This document shows, piece after piece, positions 8,793 to 19,028 of a stretch of DNA of 64,000 nt. Every line of letters begins with the position of its first letter. Within the stretch, counting starts at the first letter, position 1. Source of the DNA: an uncultured Clostridia bacterium (lineage in GTDB: Bacteria; Bacillota; Clostridia; Oscillospirales; CAG-272); assembly GCA_944381085.1 (NCBI GenBank), contig CALWJX010000004.1, forward strand, positions 27,136 to 91,135, written 5' to 3'. The notes beneath the pieces are model-generated. The model saw only the letters and a program-made list of their open reading frames with translations. It was not told the origin of the DNA and made no database searches. The position numbers and the translations under genes are program-made.

Positions 8793-10628
8793 ATGCAACA
8801 AAACAAAAATTTCAATGTAAAAATCATTCCGTTCTCGGTCTTATCCGGTTATTTTTTGTCTGCATTTATTTACATGGCAGTCAATCAGTCCTCGTTTCTT
8901 GAAACTGACTTTTCAAAAAACATATCTATAGGCGTATTTATAATTATATTTCTCGTATCATCCGCGATAATTTTGGGTTACGGAAGCATTTATCCCAGAC
9001 TCGCGTTCATATCCCTGCCCGTGATTTGTACGATATTAGGGCTGTATTCATCATACGTATCGGAATCAATGTACGTGGCGCTGGCATATTCTGTGATATG
9101 CGGAACGGCAATTTATTTTTCCTCAAAGCTGTGCGCAAAAGAGCCGTCTTCAAAAAAGAAATTCGTTCTCGGTTCAAATCATACTGTAATTATTATTTCC
9201 GCTATTGCTTTTTTCGCGCTCATATATATAATCGCAAGCGGTATCCTGAGATATTTTACTTTTGGGTCTGCCGATTACAATACGGGGTTTTACTCTCAGC
9301 TTCTGTATATAATGAGCCGTACCGGAATACAGACAAGCACACTTGAAGCCGCGTCGGGGAATCTGCTTTCCCACTTTGCCGTTCACATTTCCCCGTTTTT
9401 GTATCTGCTTGTGCCGTTTTTCACGGTCGCCCCGCATCCCATAACGCTTGTCTGCCTGCAGGCAGCGGCAGTCACATCATCGGTAATTCCGTTGTATCTC
9501 ATATGCCGCAGCCGTAAAATCACTCCCGCATATACAGTCTGTCTGTGCGCGACGCTTCTGATTTTTCCGGCGTCAATAATATCCGCATCCGGCACTTTTT
9601 CCGAACTTACTTTTGTGCTCCCGCTGCTTTTATGGTTTATTCTGTTTGCGGAGAAACGAAAAATACTGCCGAGCGCGGTTTTCGCGCTGCTTACCCTTTC
9701 GGTGCATGAGAACGCCGCGATTTATATGATTTTCTTTTGTCTGTATTTTATGCTTGACACAAAAAAAGAAATCAAAAATACCGAAAATGTCGCCCCGAAA
9801 AGGTTTTTTGTTTTTTCATCTGTCACCGCCCTGTTTTCACTTATATATCTTATCGTCTGTATATCAGTTTTATCCGCCGGCAACGTCGGACTTGACCTCA
9901 CGCCTTATAACTACGCTTCACACTCAAGTATTGCGGATGTCGTTAAAAATATCATTGTAAATCCATCGGGGGTAATACAGTCGGCTTTCACCTCAAATAA
10001 ACTTATGTTTATTTTATCATTACTGCTCCCCTCTCTTCCCGTTTTGTTTTTAAAAAGTCATAAGCACTCCTCAGTACTTCTCATCCCGCTTTTTGTGCTT
10101 AATATAATTACTCAGGGCACAGGAAATTCAAGTATCCTTTTTGCATCTTCAATCGCCGCAACCGCTGTCCTGATATATATATCGGTTTTGACCGTATCGG
10201 AAAATCAGGCAGAGCAAACCGTAACCTCCCCCAACCCGGCAAGGCGTCTGCTCTCAAGCGCCGCCCTTGTTTCAATAGTTTGCGCCCTGCTTTTCAATTC
10301 CGCTTATACCCAATACAGGATAGGAAATTCCGTAAATATAATCGCGGAGTATGGAGAACAAAACAAAGCGATAATCGACGTCATTGAGCAGATACCCGAC
10401 AATGCGTCGGTTTCCGCGTCGGATAACTTTATATCTCATCTTGCCTGCCGTCCTCACATTTACAGGTTGGAAAATGAAAAGGAAACCGGATATGTAATTA
10501 TTGACCTCCGCGATTATACACGAATTACTGCCGAAGAGAAATACACAATCGAATATTACGAAAATCTCGGGTACAGAAGCTACATTTATGAAGAAAACTG
10601 CATTGCGGTCATGGTCAAGCCGTCATAA
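8793..10628 (+). CDS. polytopic membrane protein, DUF2079-like (possible GT-C-type glycosyltransferase)
   Basis: It is 611 aa with many hydrophobic segments. The HFAVHISPFLYLLVPFF segment resembles the DUF2079 signature from memory. The C-terminal region is a soluble domain. Confidence 0.55.
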   Translation: MQQNKNFNVKIIPFSVLSGYFLSAFIYMAVNQSSFLETDFSKNISIGVFIIIFLVSSAIILGYGSIYPRLAFISLPVICTILGLYSSYVSESMYVALAYSVICGTAIYFSSKLCAKEPSSKKKFVLGSNHTVIIISAIAFFALIYIIASGILRYFTFGSADYNTGFYSQLLYIMSRTGIQTSTLEAASGNLLSHFAVHISPFLYLLVPFFTVAPHPITLVCLQAAAVTSSVIPLYLICRSRKITPAYTVCLCATLLIFPASIISASGTFSELTFVLPLLLWFILFAEKRKILPSAVFALLTLSVHENAAIYMIFFCLYFMLDTKKEIKNTENVAPKRFFVFSSVTALFSLIYLIVCISVLSAGNVGLDLTPYNYASHSSIADVVKNIIVNPSGVIQSAFTSNKLMFILSLLLPSLPVLFLKSHKHSSVLLIPLFVLNIITQGTGNSSILFASSIAATAVLIYISVLTVSENQAEQTVTSPNPARRLLSSAALVSIVCALLFNSAYTQYRIGNSVNIIAEYGEQNKAIIDVIEQIPDNASVSASDNFISHLACRPHIYRLENEKETGYVIIDLRDYTRITAEEKYTIEYYENLGYRSYIYEENCIAVMVKPS

Positions 10629-10649
10629 ACCCTTAATTAATAAAAACCG

Positions 10650-10678
10650 TTGCCAAAAATTAAATTATATGTTATAAT
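10650..10678 (+). promoter_or_regulatory. sigma-70/SigA-type promoter for prfB
   Basis: TTGCCA (10650-10655), a 17-nt spacer, then TATAAT (10673-10678). Confidence 0.55.
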
Positions 10679-10751
10679 ATAAATAACAGATCGGAATACA
10701 ATTTTACGGACAACAAACTACAGACACAAAAACAGATGGAGGATTTTAAAA

Positions 10752-11861
10752 TTGATCATAGCACTCGAAGAAGCCAAATATAAACTTATCTCTCTGCGCT
10801 CTGACATCAAAGACCTCGGCAACGCGCTCAGAATTGAAGAACTTAAGAGCAAAATAGCGGAGCTGGAGGCTCAGACGCTTGAACCGGGCTTCTGGAACAA
10901 TCCGGAAAACTCCACCAAAGTCACTCAGACCATTAAACAGTCTAAAGACACGGTTGAAGATTATGAAAAGCTCTGCTCAAAGCTTGAGGACGCCATAGCG
11001 CTGGCTGAAATGGCAATTGAGGAAAACGACGAAAGCTGTGTTCCCGAAGTCGAAGCGGAGCTGGCTGAAATTGAAACCACGGCGGAAAAAGAAAGGATCT
11101 CTGTCCTGCTTTGCGGCGAATATGACTCAAGCAACGCAATAGTATCCTTTCATCCGGGAGCCGGAGGTACCGAGGCCCAGGACTGGGCTCAGATGCTTTA
11201 CAGAATGATAACCCGTTGGGCGGAAAAATCCGGATTCAAAGTAAAGCTCGTGGACTGGCTTGACGGAGACGAAGCCGGGCTGAAATCCGCGACTGTAATC
11301 GTTGAGGGCAACAACGCTTACGGATATCTAAAGAGCGAAAACGGCGTCCACAGACTTGTCAGAGTATCGCCTTTTGACGCCGCCGGCAGGCGTCATACTT
11401 CCTTCGCCTCAATAGAAGTAATGCCCGAATTTGCCGACGTAGACAAGGTTGAACTGAGAGACGAGGACCTTGAGATCACCGCTCACCGTTCATCCGGAGC
11501 CGGAGGTCAGCATATCAACAAGACCGACTCCGCCATAAGAATAGTTCATAAGCCTACCGGTATTGTAGTAGGATGCCAGACCGAGCGTTCTCAGCTTCAG
11601 AACAAAGAAACCGCGCTTAAAATGCTGAAAGCTAAGCTTATGGAAATAAAGCTGAGGGAAAGACTTGACACTATCGAGGAAATTCAGGGCAACAAGACAA
11701 ACATCGAATGGGGCAGTCAGATACGTTCATACGTCTTTATGCCGTATACGCTTGTAAAGGACAACAGGACGGGATACGAAGACGGAAATATTCAGTCGGT
11801 AATGGACGGCAATATCGACGGATTCATAAACGCATATCTGAAGATGAACGCCAAACAATGA
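10752..11861 (+). CDS. prfB: peptide chain release factor 2
   Basis: It has the SPF tripeptide (VRVSPFD) and the GGQ motif (SGAGGQHINKT). The frame is continuous from TTG 10752, with a GGAGGA RBS at 10737-10742. No +1 frameshift site is present. Confidence 0.95.
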   Translation: MIIALEEAKYKLISLRSDIKDLGNALRIEELKSKIAELEAQTLEPGFWNNPENSTKVTQTIKQSKDTVEDYEKLCSKLEDAIALAEMAIEENDESCVPEVEAELAEIETTAEKERISVLLCGEYDSSNAIVSFHPGAGGTEAQDWAQMLYRMITRWAEKSGFKVKLVDWLDGDEAGLKSATVIVEGNNAYGYLKSENGVHRLVRVSPFDAAGRRHTSFASIEVMPEFADVDKVELRDEDLEITAHRSSGAGGQHINKTDSAIRIVHKPTGIVVGCQTERSQLQNKETALKMLKAKLMEIKLRERLDTIEEIQGNKTNIEWGSQIRSYVFMPYTLVKDNRTGYEDGNIQSVMDGNIDGFINAYLKMNAKQ

Positions 11862-11963
11862 CATTATGTTACCGTTTTGAAAAAATTAAGCGTTAAACTT
11901 GAAATAAGTTTAATGTAATATATAAACTTTATATGACCGCATAGAAGATTATCTTGATAAAAC

Positions 11964-12006
11964 ACGGAAACCCGATTACCGAAACAATCGAGTTTCCGTC
12001 TTTTTT
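11964..12006 (+). terminator. Rho-independent terminator downstream of prfB
   Basis: ACGGAAAC (11964-11971) pairs with GTTTCCGT (11992-11999), followed by CTTTTTT. Confidence 0.7.
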
Positions 12007-12197
12007 AATATATGCCTCGCGCATACGACGCGGTCGAAAAGTAAATTTAAATTAAAGTGCTGTGAAATATCCGATTTTAAAATTCAACATGCCTTAAACA
12101 GTATTTCATAAAATTTTGCAGGTCAAAAATTTTCGGACGGCCAGCCCTTAAATTTTATATTGCGGTACTTATTCAAATTGAATTTAACTTATTTTGC

Positions 12198-12226
12198 TTG
12201 ACAAATAATTGTAATTATGGTATTAT
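12198..12226 (+). promoter_or_regulatory. SigA-type promoter
   Basis: TTGACA (12198-12203), a 17-nt spacer, then TATTAT (12221-12226). Confidence 0.55.
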
Positions 12227-12265
12227 TTTAGTATAAATTTTAGATTAAGGAAAGGAGTACCGGAT

Positions 12266-12871
12266 ATGAAAAAGAGTGTAATCACAGTTAGCCGCGAATT
12301 CGGAAGCGGCGGGAGGACCGTGGCAAAACTTGCCGCCGAAAAACTCGGATATGATTTTTACGACAACGAAATTATACTGAAAGTCGCGAAGGAGAGCGGT
12401 CTGTCACAGGAGATAGTCGAGAAATACGACGAATACGCTACTTATAAAAACAGCTTTCTTTATTCTATCGCAATGAACGCCGGAGCGGACGCCTACGGAG
12501 GCATGTCGTTTGCCAATCAGGTGCAGATTGCCCAGATCAAGATCATCAAGGACCTTGCCGAAAAAGGCAACTGCGTAATAGTGGGCAGAGGCGGGGACTA
12601 TATTCTCCGCGACAGGGATGACTGCCTTAACGTGTTTATACGCGCCGACATGGAATTCCGCAAGAACTGGGTGCTTTCGCACTATGGGGAAACCGACAAA
12701 AAGATCGAAAACCGGCTCAAGGACAAGGACGCCAGAAGAAAAGTGTTTTACCGCTCGTTCACTATGCGCGAATGGGGCATGTGCTCAAACTATCACCTCT
12801 CGCTTGACAGCGGCGTCATCGGCATAGAAAAGTGCGTCGATATAATCTGCGACCTGGCGCGCGGCAATTAA
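12266..12871 (+). CDS. cytidylate kinase-like family protein
   Basis: The N-terminus VITVSREFGSGGRTVAKLAAEKLGYDFYDNEII is typical of this family. Confidence 0.8.
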   Translation: MKKSVITVSREFGSGGRTVAKLAAEKLGYDFYDNEIILKVAKESGLSQEIVEKYDEYATYKNSFLYSIAMNAGADAYGGMSFANQVQIAQIKIIKDLAEKGNCVIVGRGGDYILRDRDDCLNVFIRADMEFRKNWVLSHYGETDKKIENRLKDKDARRKVFYRSFTMREWGMCSNYHLSLDSGVIGIEKCVDIICDLARGN

Positions 12872-12928
12872 AAAATCGGGTAAGTGTTAAAAAAATACGC
12901 ATTTTTCGTGAGTTTGCATTAAAAACGA

Positions 12929-12957
12929 TTGACAAACAAGCCAAAAGGTGATATAAT
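12929..12957 (+). promoter_or_regulatory. consensus SigA-type promoter for the ABC transporter operon
   Basis: TTGACA (12929-12934), a 17-nt spacer, then TATAAT (12952-12957). Confidence 0.65.
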
Positions 12958-13057
12958 AATTACACTTTAACTTATTAAAAAGAAAAATTGTTTCAGAGTA
13001 CCGCGATTACGCGGATATCCGACGATTCAATTGCCGAAAAATTCAAGGAGAAAAATC

Positions 13058-14029
13058 ATGAAACTGAAAAAAATAGCATCAATGGTTCTCGCCGTTGTAA
13101 CCGTAGCGGCAATCACGACTTCATTTGCTTCATGCAACAACAAAAACGACGATGTTTTTGTCGTGGGTATCTGTCAGCAGCAAACGCACGACGCGCTTGA
13201 CGCCGCGACCGAAGGCTTCAAGCAGGCGCTAATAGATAAGCTCGGCGAGGATAAAGTCGAGTTTGATTATCAGGACGGCGCCGGTGATACAAATACAATC
13301 ACCACGATTATAAATACGTTTGTATCCAAAAAGGTCGATCTTATTATGGCAAACGGTACAACCGCGCTTCAGAACGCCGCCAACGCCACGCTCGACATTC
13401 CGATTCTCGGCACTTCAATTACAGAGTACGGAGTAGCGCTTAATCTTGAAAACTTCAACGGCACGGTAGGCGGAAATGTTTCGGGAACAAGCGACCTTGC
13501 CCCGCTCACCGAGCAGGCGCAGATGATAATAGACCTGTTCCCCGACGCCAAAACCGTAGGTATGCTCTACTGCTCATCCGAGCCCAACTCAGAGTATCAG
13601 GTCAAGGTAGTAACCCAATATCTTACATCTAAGGGAATTACCTGCTCCGACTATAAATTTACAGATTCCAACGACGTATCTCTTGTGGCGGAAAAGGCAG
13701 CAAACGACTGCGACGTAATATATGTTCCCACCGACAACACGGTAGCCTCCTGCAAGGAAACCATAAACAGTGTGGTGCTCCCTATCGGTACCCCGATATT
13801 CGCGGGTGAAGAAGGCATCTGTGAGGGCTGCGGCGTCGCGACATTGTCCATAAGCTATTATCAGCTCGGATATAAGACCGGTGAAATGGCGGCACAGATT
13901 CTCACGGGTGAACAGAATATTTCGGAAATGCCTATACAGTATGATGAAAATCCGGTAAAGAAATACAACAAGGAAATAGCGGATGAACTCGGAATAACAA
14001 TTCCCGAGGGATACGAAGCAATAGAATGA
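13058..14029 (+). CDS. ABC transporter substrate-binding lipoprotein (PF04392/COG2984, TrpX-like)
   Basis: Start at ATG 13058 with an AAGGAG RBS. Lipobox TTSFASC. The pattern VVGICQQQTHDALDAATEGFKQAL...DLIMANGTTALQNAA...NVSGTSD matches this family. Confidence 0.85.
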   Translation: MKLKKIASMVLAVVTVAAITTSFASCNNKNDDVFVVGICQQQTHDALDAATEGFKQALIDKLGEDKVEFDYQDGAGDTNTITTIINTFVSKKVDLIMANGTTALQNAANATLDIPILGTSITEYGVALNLENFNGTVGGNVSGTSDLAPLTEQAQMIIDLFPDAKTVGMLYCSSEPNSEYQVKVVTQYLTSKGITCSDYKFTDSNDVSLVAEKAANDCDVIYVPTDNTVASCKETINSVVLPIGTPIFAGEEGICEGCGVATLSISYYQLGYKTGEMAAQILTGEQNISEMPIQYDENPVKKYNKEIADELGITIPEGYEAIE

Positions 14030-14124
14030 TTTGGAAAACTCGAATTGCGGGAGGTTCAAGCCTCCCGCAATTGCGGAAATTACGATTTTTAACATAAACG
14101 CAGAATTAAAATTGGGGGATAATT

Positions 14125-15024
14125 ATGGGATGGCTTAATGCTTTGCCGGGAGCCGCCGTACAGGGAATAATCTGGGGAATTATGGCTATCGGACTGTATA
14201 TTACATACAAGGTGCTTGACCTGGCGGACCTTACCGTAGACGGCTCTATCTGCACGGGAATGGCGGTTTGCGCGATGATGATGATATCGGGATACAACGT
14301 CTGGTTGGCTATGCTTGCGGCTTTCGCGGCGGGCTTGGCGGCCGGAATGATAACCGGTTTTTTTCATACTTTTTTCGGAATTCCGGCAATCCTTTCGGGA
14401 ATACTTACTCAGCTTATACTTTGGTCTGTGAATCTGAAAATTCTCGGAAGGGCAAATCAGGCTTTGCCCGCCCGTAATTACAACGTATTGGTAACGCTTC
14501 AGCGGGTAAACGAGTCAATGCTCGTCGTATTGGCGTTTGTAGTGGTAATCATAGCGTTGCTGTATTGGTTTTTCGGCACGCAGTTCGGCGCCTCAATACG
14601 TGCCACGGGATGCAACGAGCCGATGGCGCGCGCCCAAGGTATCAACACTCAATTTACCAAAGTGTTCGGTCTGGCGCTTTCAAACGGATTTGTAGCCCTC
14701 GCGGGCGCGCTGCTCGCTCAGTATTCGGGCAAAGCCGATATAAATGACGGACGCGGCGCGATTGTTGTCGGACTCGCGGCAATAATTATAGGAGAAGCTA
14801 TTTTTTCCAGGATCTCAAGCAATTTTATTGTCAGACTGCTCGGCGTTGTTATCGGAGGAATAATTTATTACGCGGTATATTCAACGGTAATCAACCTCGG
14901 GTTCGACACCGACCTGTTAAAAGCGCTGTCAGCGCTTGTGGTAGCCGTTTTCCTCGGAATACCCTATCTCAAGAGAAAATATTTCAAACGCCCGGCAAAA
15001 AAGGGGGACAGGAAAAATGCTTGA
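14125..15024 (+). CDS. ABC transporter permease (COG4120-type)
   Basis: Multi-pass membrane protein directly downstream of the binding protein. It overlaps the ATPase gene by 8 nt. Confidence 0.85.
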   Translation: MGWLNALPGAAVQGIIWGIMAIGLYITYKVLDLADLTVDGSICTGMAVCAMMMISGYNVWLAMLAAFAAGLAAGMITGFFHTFFGIPAILSGILTQLILWSVNLKILGRANQALPARNYNVLVTLQRVNESMLVVLAFVVVIIALLYWFFGTQFGASIRATGCNEPMARAQGINTQFTKVFGLALSNGFVALAGALLAQYSGKADINDGRGAIVVGLAAIIIGEAIFSRISSNFIVRLLGVVIGGIIYYAVYSTVINLGFDTDLLKALSALVVAVFLGIPYLKRKYFKRPAKKGDRKNA

Positions 15025-15811
15025 ACTAAAAAATATCTCAAAAACCTTCAACGCCGGGACGGTAAATGAAAAGCAAGCCATAGACAATTTATCCCTTACG
15101 CTCAACGACGGCGATTTTGTTACGGTTATAGGCGGAAACGGCGCGGGCAAATCCACAATGCTTAATCTTATAGCCGGGGTGTATGAAGTCGATTCCGGGA
15201 ATATCATTATCGACGGCAACGATATCACCAAGCTTCCCGAACACAAACGCGCGAAATTTATCGGACGTGTGTTTCAGGACCCGAGAATGGGTACGGCGTC
15301 GGATATGTGGGTAGAAGAAAATCTGGCAATCGCCGATTTAAGGGGAAAAAGACGCGGACTGAAATGGTCAATATCGGGAAAAGACCGCGAAAGATACAGA
15401 AAAATGCTCTCCGAACTTGATTTGGGGCTTGAAAACAGGCTGTCAACCAAAATGGGACTGTTATCGGGAGGACAGCGCCAGGCGGTTACATTGATGATGG
15501 CGACGATGGAAAAGCCGGATCTTTTGCTGCTTGACGAGCACACCGCCGCGCTTGACCCAAAAACCGCGGCAAAGGTACTCGAAATAACCGACAGACTTGT
15601 AAAGGAGCATTCTCTTACCGCGCTGATGGTCACACATAACATGAAAGACGCCATAACACACGGCAACCGGCTTATCATGATGAATGACGGAAAAATTATA
15701 ATCGACGTGAGCGGAGATGAAAAAAAGAACCTCACCGTGGAATTGCTGCTTGCCGAGTTTGCAAAGCTCAGCGGCACCGAATTTACCAATGACAGGACCC
15801 TGCTCTCTTAA
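15017..15811 (+). CDS. ABC transporter ATP-binding protein (COG1101-type)
   Basis: Walker A GGNGAGKST, signature LSGGQRQ, Walker B LLLLDEHTAALD. Confidence 0.9.
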   Translation: MLELKNISKTFNAGTVNEKQAIDNLSLTLNDGDFVTVIGGNGAGKSTMLNLIAGVYEVDSGNIIIDGNDITKLPEHKRAKFIGRVFQDPRMGTASDMWVEENLAIADLRGKRRGLKWSISGKDRERYRKMLSELDLGLENRLSTKMGLLSGGQRQAVTLMMATMEKPDLLLLDEHTAALDPKTAAKVLEITDRLVKEHSLTALMVTHNMKDAITHGNRLIMMNDGKIIIDVSGDEKKNLTVELLLAEFAKLSGTEFTNDRTLLS

Positions 15812-15873
15812 TTTCATTAAAATGGGAACGGATAAAACCGAATTTTTACTTACTCTCCCGCCGCATTGAAAAA

Positions 15874-15911
15874 ATCACCCGTTATCTGTAAAAGACAACG
15901 GGTGATTTTTT
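15874..15911. terminator. bidirectional Rho-independent terminator between convergent genes
   Basis: ATCACCCGTT (15874-15883) pairs with AACGGGTGAT (15897-15906). An A-run lies upstream and TTTTT downstream. Confidence 0.75.
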
Positions 15912-16039
15912 ATGTTGACGAAAGAACAAAAATATTTCCCGGGCTTAAAGCAATAATATGGCAAATAATAAAAAATCTGTCCGGCCCCTTGAAATCTCAC
16001 GGGCGGAGAAACCCCGGGCAATCCTATTCTGTCTGCCTT

Positions 16040-17008
16040 CTATTCGGTTGTTGACTCCGATTCCGCCATACGCTTGACATACGGAACGACGTCCACCGAG
16101 CGTGAGGCAAGTCTGTCCAGAGATATTTTCTCTATCCTCTCATCCAAAGGCACATTGCCCTCTTTGATGATATACATATCCGATCTTCCGATTTCAGGAT
16201 TGTTAACAATATAAACACATACAAATACATTATTAACCCTCATATAGTCATCCAAAAACTCAAAAATTTCAGGCAATCTCTTTTCAATCATGCGGCTTCG
16301 CCTGATATTTGTCTGTACGCATGAGGAAATCCCCGCCTTTCCTGAAAATTCATATCTTTTATATCCCGCCATCGCAAGCTCCCGCGCGGAATCCTCCGGG
16401 TCTAACAGACAATACCCCCATTCGGTAAGACAGTCTCTGTCCAGAGAATATTTTTCAATACAGTACTCGATCCATTCCCTGTCGTTTTGATTAAATTTCG
16501 AGCTTTTACAGGATTGCGTATCAAAATAAACACTGTACAGCGCCATAATCTCGCTTTCACTGTCATCTGAACCTATCGAGCACATCATGTCAAATATCAT
16601 TTTTCCGCAGGAGGAAGCTTTTTCAACAAAGCTGTAATTAAAATCAGGCTCCGGCGGCGTGGTATGATGATCTATACATCCCAATACGCGATTTTTATAA
16701 AATGTCTTATGGTGGTCTACAAGCAGCAAAACATCGCCCTCATCAAATCCCCCAAAGTTCATCACGTCTAAAATTCCAAGCTTTTGTGCGATTTTCGCGG
16801 TAACACTGTCCGGGCGTGTGGCAAATTTTATTTCGGCAATTATATCTTTCTTTGAAAGCAGCCGCAAAAGCAGCCAAGAAGATATCAGACTGTCCGAATC
16901 CGGCTTGTCATGTCCTGTCACGACAAGCCGAGTGCCCGAAAAATAAGTATCTTTACACAGCTTTAAAAGCTTTCTCGTTTTTTCCGCGATACTTTCATTG
17001 TTTTTCAT
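16040..17008 (-). CDS. DHH family phosphoesterase
   Basis: Motifs TGHDKPDSDSL, LLVDHHK and CIDHH follow the DHH order. It diverges from family II pyrophosphatase, so the substrate is not inferable. Confidence 0.7.
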   Translation of the reverse strand: MKNNESIAEKTRKLLKLCKDTYFSGTRLVVTGHDKPDSDSLISSWLLLRLLSKKDIIAEIKFATRPDSVTAKIAQKLGILDVMNFGGFDEGDVLLLVDHHKTFYKNRVLGCIDHHTTPPEPDFNYSFVEKASSCGKMIFDMMCSIGSDDSESEIMALYSVYFDTQSCKSSKFNQNDREWIEYCIEKYSLDRDCLTEWGYCLLDPEDSARELAMAGYKRYEFSGKAGISSCVQTNIRRSRMIEKRLPEIFEFLDDYMRVNNVFVCVYIVNNPEIGRSDMYIIKEGNVPLDERIEKISLDRLASRSVDVVPYVKRMAESESTTE

Positions 17009-17160
17009 AAAGTATTCTCCATCCGATAATCAAAAGTATATGTTAATTTTAATCTATTAACCCTCATTTGTCAATAATTTTATCGGTACAGACGTTTAAC
17101 TAATTTTTAATTTTGCAAAATAATCCGCTTGAAATTTATAAGCAAAATTATATTGTTATC

Positions 17161-17189
17161 TTGACAATCACAACTTAATTGTGTATAAT
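17161..17189 (+). promoter_or_regulatory. consensus SigA-type promoter
   Basis: TTGACA (17161-17166), a 17-nt spacer, then TATAAT (17184-17189). Confidence 0.65.
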
Positions 17190-17223
17190 TTAAATAAAAC
17201 ATCAAAGCGAAAGGAGCTATACC

Positions 17224-18960
17224 ATGAGAAAAAGAACAATATCGTACATTATTGCGCTTTGTACTCTCATGCTTTCTCTGCTCCTGTCATCCTGCACCGG
17301 CAGAGAAAGCGATGAAAACGACAGCGGCGGAGACTCACATGAAACGGTCGGGGAAAATACCTCCTCCGGCGACTCGGAAACCACTTCCGGCACGACGGAA
17401 GAAACCTCGGCGGAAGAAGGCACAACAACACCGGAAAAAGCAAATTCCGAACGCAAAGTCTCGACCAGAACGATAAACGCCGTGGCTTTGTACGACATAT
17501 CCGATGACCCGATATATGACATCTACCTCATTTCATGCGCGGGATGCAATGCGGTATCTATAGAATATGACGCTTCGGACTATGCAGATCTGATTGCGAA
17601 AATTTCCTCGCTCTCGGGGACAAGATTTGAAATACCAAAAATAATATCCGATGTAAAAGGCGCTCCCACAGCGGAGGAACTCAACGAAATCCATGCGCTG
17701 TTTGAAGCCAATAAAAATTATTTCCTGACTATAAACGGAAAGCCGGTACTTGACAACTATTCGGGAAATGACGAAAGATTCGCAAGTCTTCCGGAAGACT
17801 ACGGAGACCGGATAAATTATTCCGACATCGCTCCTGAAGGCTCGGATTTTTCGACCCTTAAGGATACCGCAAACACGCTTTACGAAAAAAACGGCTGGAA
17901 AACGTCAGCCCCCATGGAACCGATGATTCTGAAAGCCGAAGACAATAATATTTACCTGACCTGTTCCGGCTATCCCGTGGAATACAAAATATCCTCCGAT
18001 TCCGACTTTTCAAACGAGCAGTGGACCGTCCTTGACCCGGAAAACGGGATTCCGTACTCCGGTCTGCTTGATTCCGGCGAAGGGAAAGCCTATATAATGA
18101 CAAGGAATCTTTTCGGTGAAAGTCCGGTTTCGGAAACCGACATCAAAGATACCGCTCTGCTGTTCAGACCGGGGCAGACCGGACTAATATATTCGGAAAA
18201 CTTTGACGGAAAAACCGTCCGCGACCTTGAAGAGCACTGGACGTTTGACCCGTCCGGAATATACGACCGCAATGAGGGCGGAAGAGCCGGAGGGTTTGCC
18301 GTCGAAGACGGAGTAATGGTGGGACACTGGATATACGGTCGGGCAATGAAATTCAACTACACGCTTGAGAACTATTCATTCGCATTTGATTTCAGATCCG
18401 GACACGGTTCAGTCAACACCGCGGAATGTTCTGTTTTTGCGATAAGACAGCCTGCCGAGGACAATCCGGTATATGAAAGCTCAAATTACGGAGATGACTG
18501 CGGTATGGGCGCGTTCGGGATTTATGTGATGGGCTACGACACCGACACGACTCCGGACGGAAGTACAGGTGAATTTTCCATACTTGAAGTGGCGGTTCAT
18601 TACGCTGACGAAAATTACGGTCAGGGCGCCGGAATGAAATCCGTGTTCTTTATACTTCCCGAGGGAGAAAAATTTGAAGATATGAACAATATCCGGGTAA
18701 GGGACGAGGGAGAAAAGATTTCCGTGTACTGTAACGACACGCTGTACTGCGTAATTAATCTTTCGGAAATGAAAACTGAATCCGCCAACTCAAAACATCC
18801 TTACAGCGGCAATATATACACCAAGGCAGAGCTTTGCGACGGCGACGGAAACATTCTTGAAACGGTGGAAAACGCCGAAGTACCCGAAACCGGTCTTATT
18901 ATGTTTACCGAAAGAGGAAATCTCTTTTATGTGGACAACATTGAAGTTGAACTTTACTGA
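17224..18960 (+). CDS. secreted lipoprotein of unknown function, possibly with a C-terminal concanavalin/LamG-like domain
   Basis: Lipobox LLLSSCTG, an S/T/E-rich linker, and a C-terminal segment (HWTFDP...FAVEDGVMVGHW...FYVDNIEVELY) that recalls DUF1080/LamG-like folds. That last point is weak and from memory. Confidence 0.55.
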   Translation: MRKRTISYIIALCTLMLSLLLSSCTGRESDENDSGGDSHETVGENTSSGDSETTSGTTEETSAEEGTTTPEKANSERKVSTRTINAVALYDISDDPIYDIYLISCAGCNAVSIEYDASDYADLIAKISSLSGTRFEIPKIISDVKGAPTAEELNEIHALFEANKNYFLTINGKPVLDNYSGNDERFASLPEDYGDRINYSDIAPEGSDFSTLKDTANTLYEKNGWKTSAPMEPMILKAEDNNIYLTCSGYPVEYKISSDSDFSNEQWTVLDPENGIPYSGLLDSGEGKAYIMTRNLFGESPVSETDIKDTALLFRPGQTGLIYSENFDGKTVRDLEEHWTFDPSGIYDRNEGGRAGGFAVEDGVMVGHWIYGRAMKFNYTLENYSFAFDFRSGHGSVNTAECSVFAIRQPAEDNPVYESSNYGDDCGMGAFGIYVMGYDTDTTPDGSTGEFSILEVAVHYADENYGQGAGMKSVFFILPEGEKFEDMNNIRVRDEGEKISVYCNDTLYCVINLSEMKTESANSKHPYSGNIYTKAELCDGDGNILETVENAEVPETGLIMFTERGNLFYVDNIEVELY

Positions 18961-19028
18961 AAACTCAGTACCGAGCACTAACGAAAAGGTATCAAATACC
19001 GAACATTATACAGGAAGGACGGGATAAA

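Noticed and set aside
10735-10830. Programmed +1 frameshift site expected in prfB (a short ORF ending in CTT TGA C around codon 25)
   Set aside because: The RF2 frame is continuous from TTG 10752 through the equivalent region (..DLGNALRIEELKSK..), and no CTTTGAC motif is present. The upstream ATG at 10735 opens a 15-codon frame ending in TAA, which is not the RF2 pattern. This is a non-frameshifted prfB, as in a minority of bacteria.
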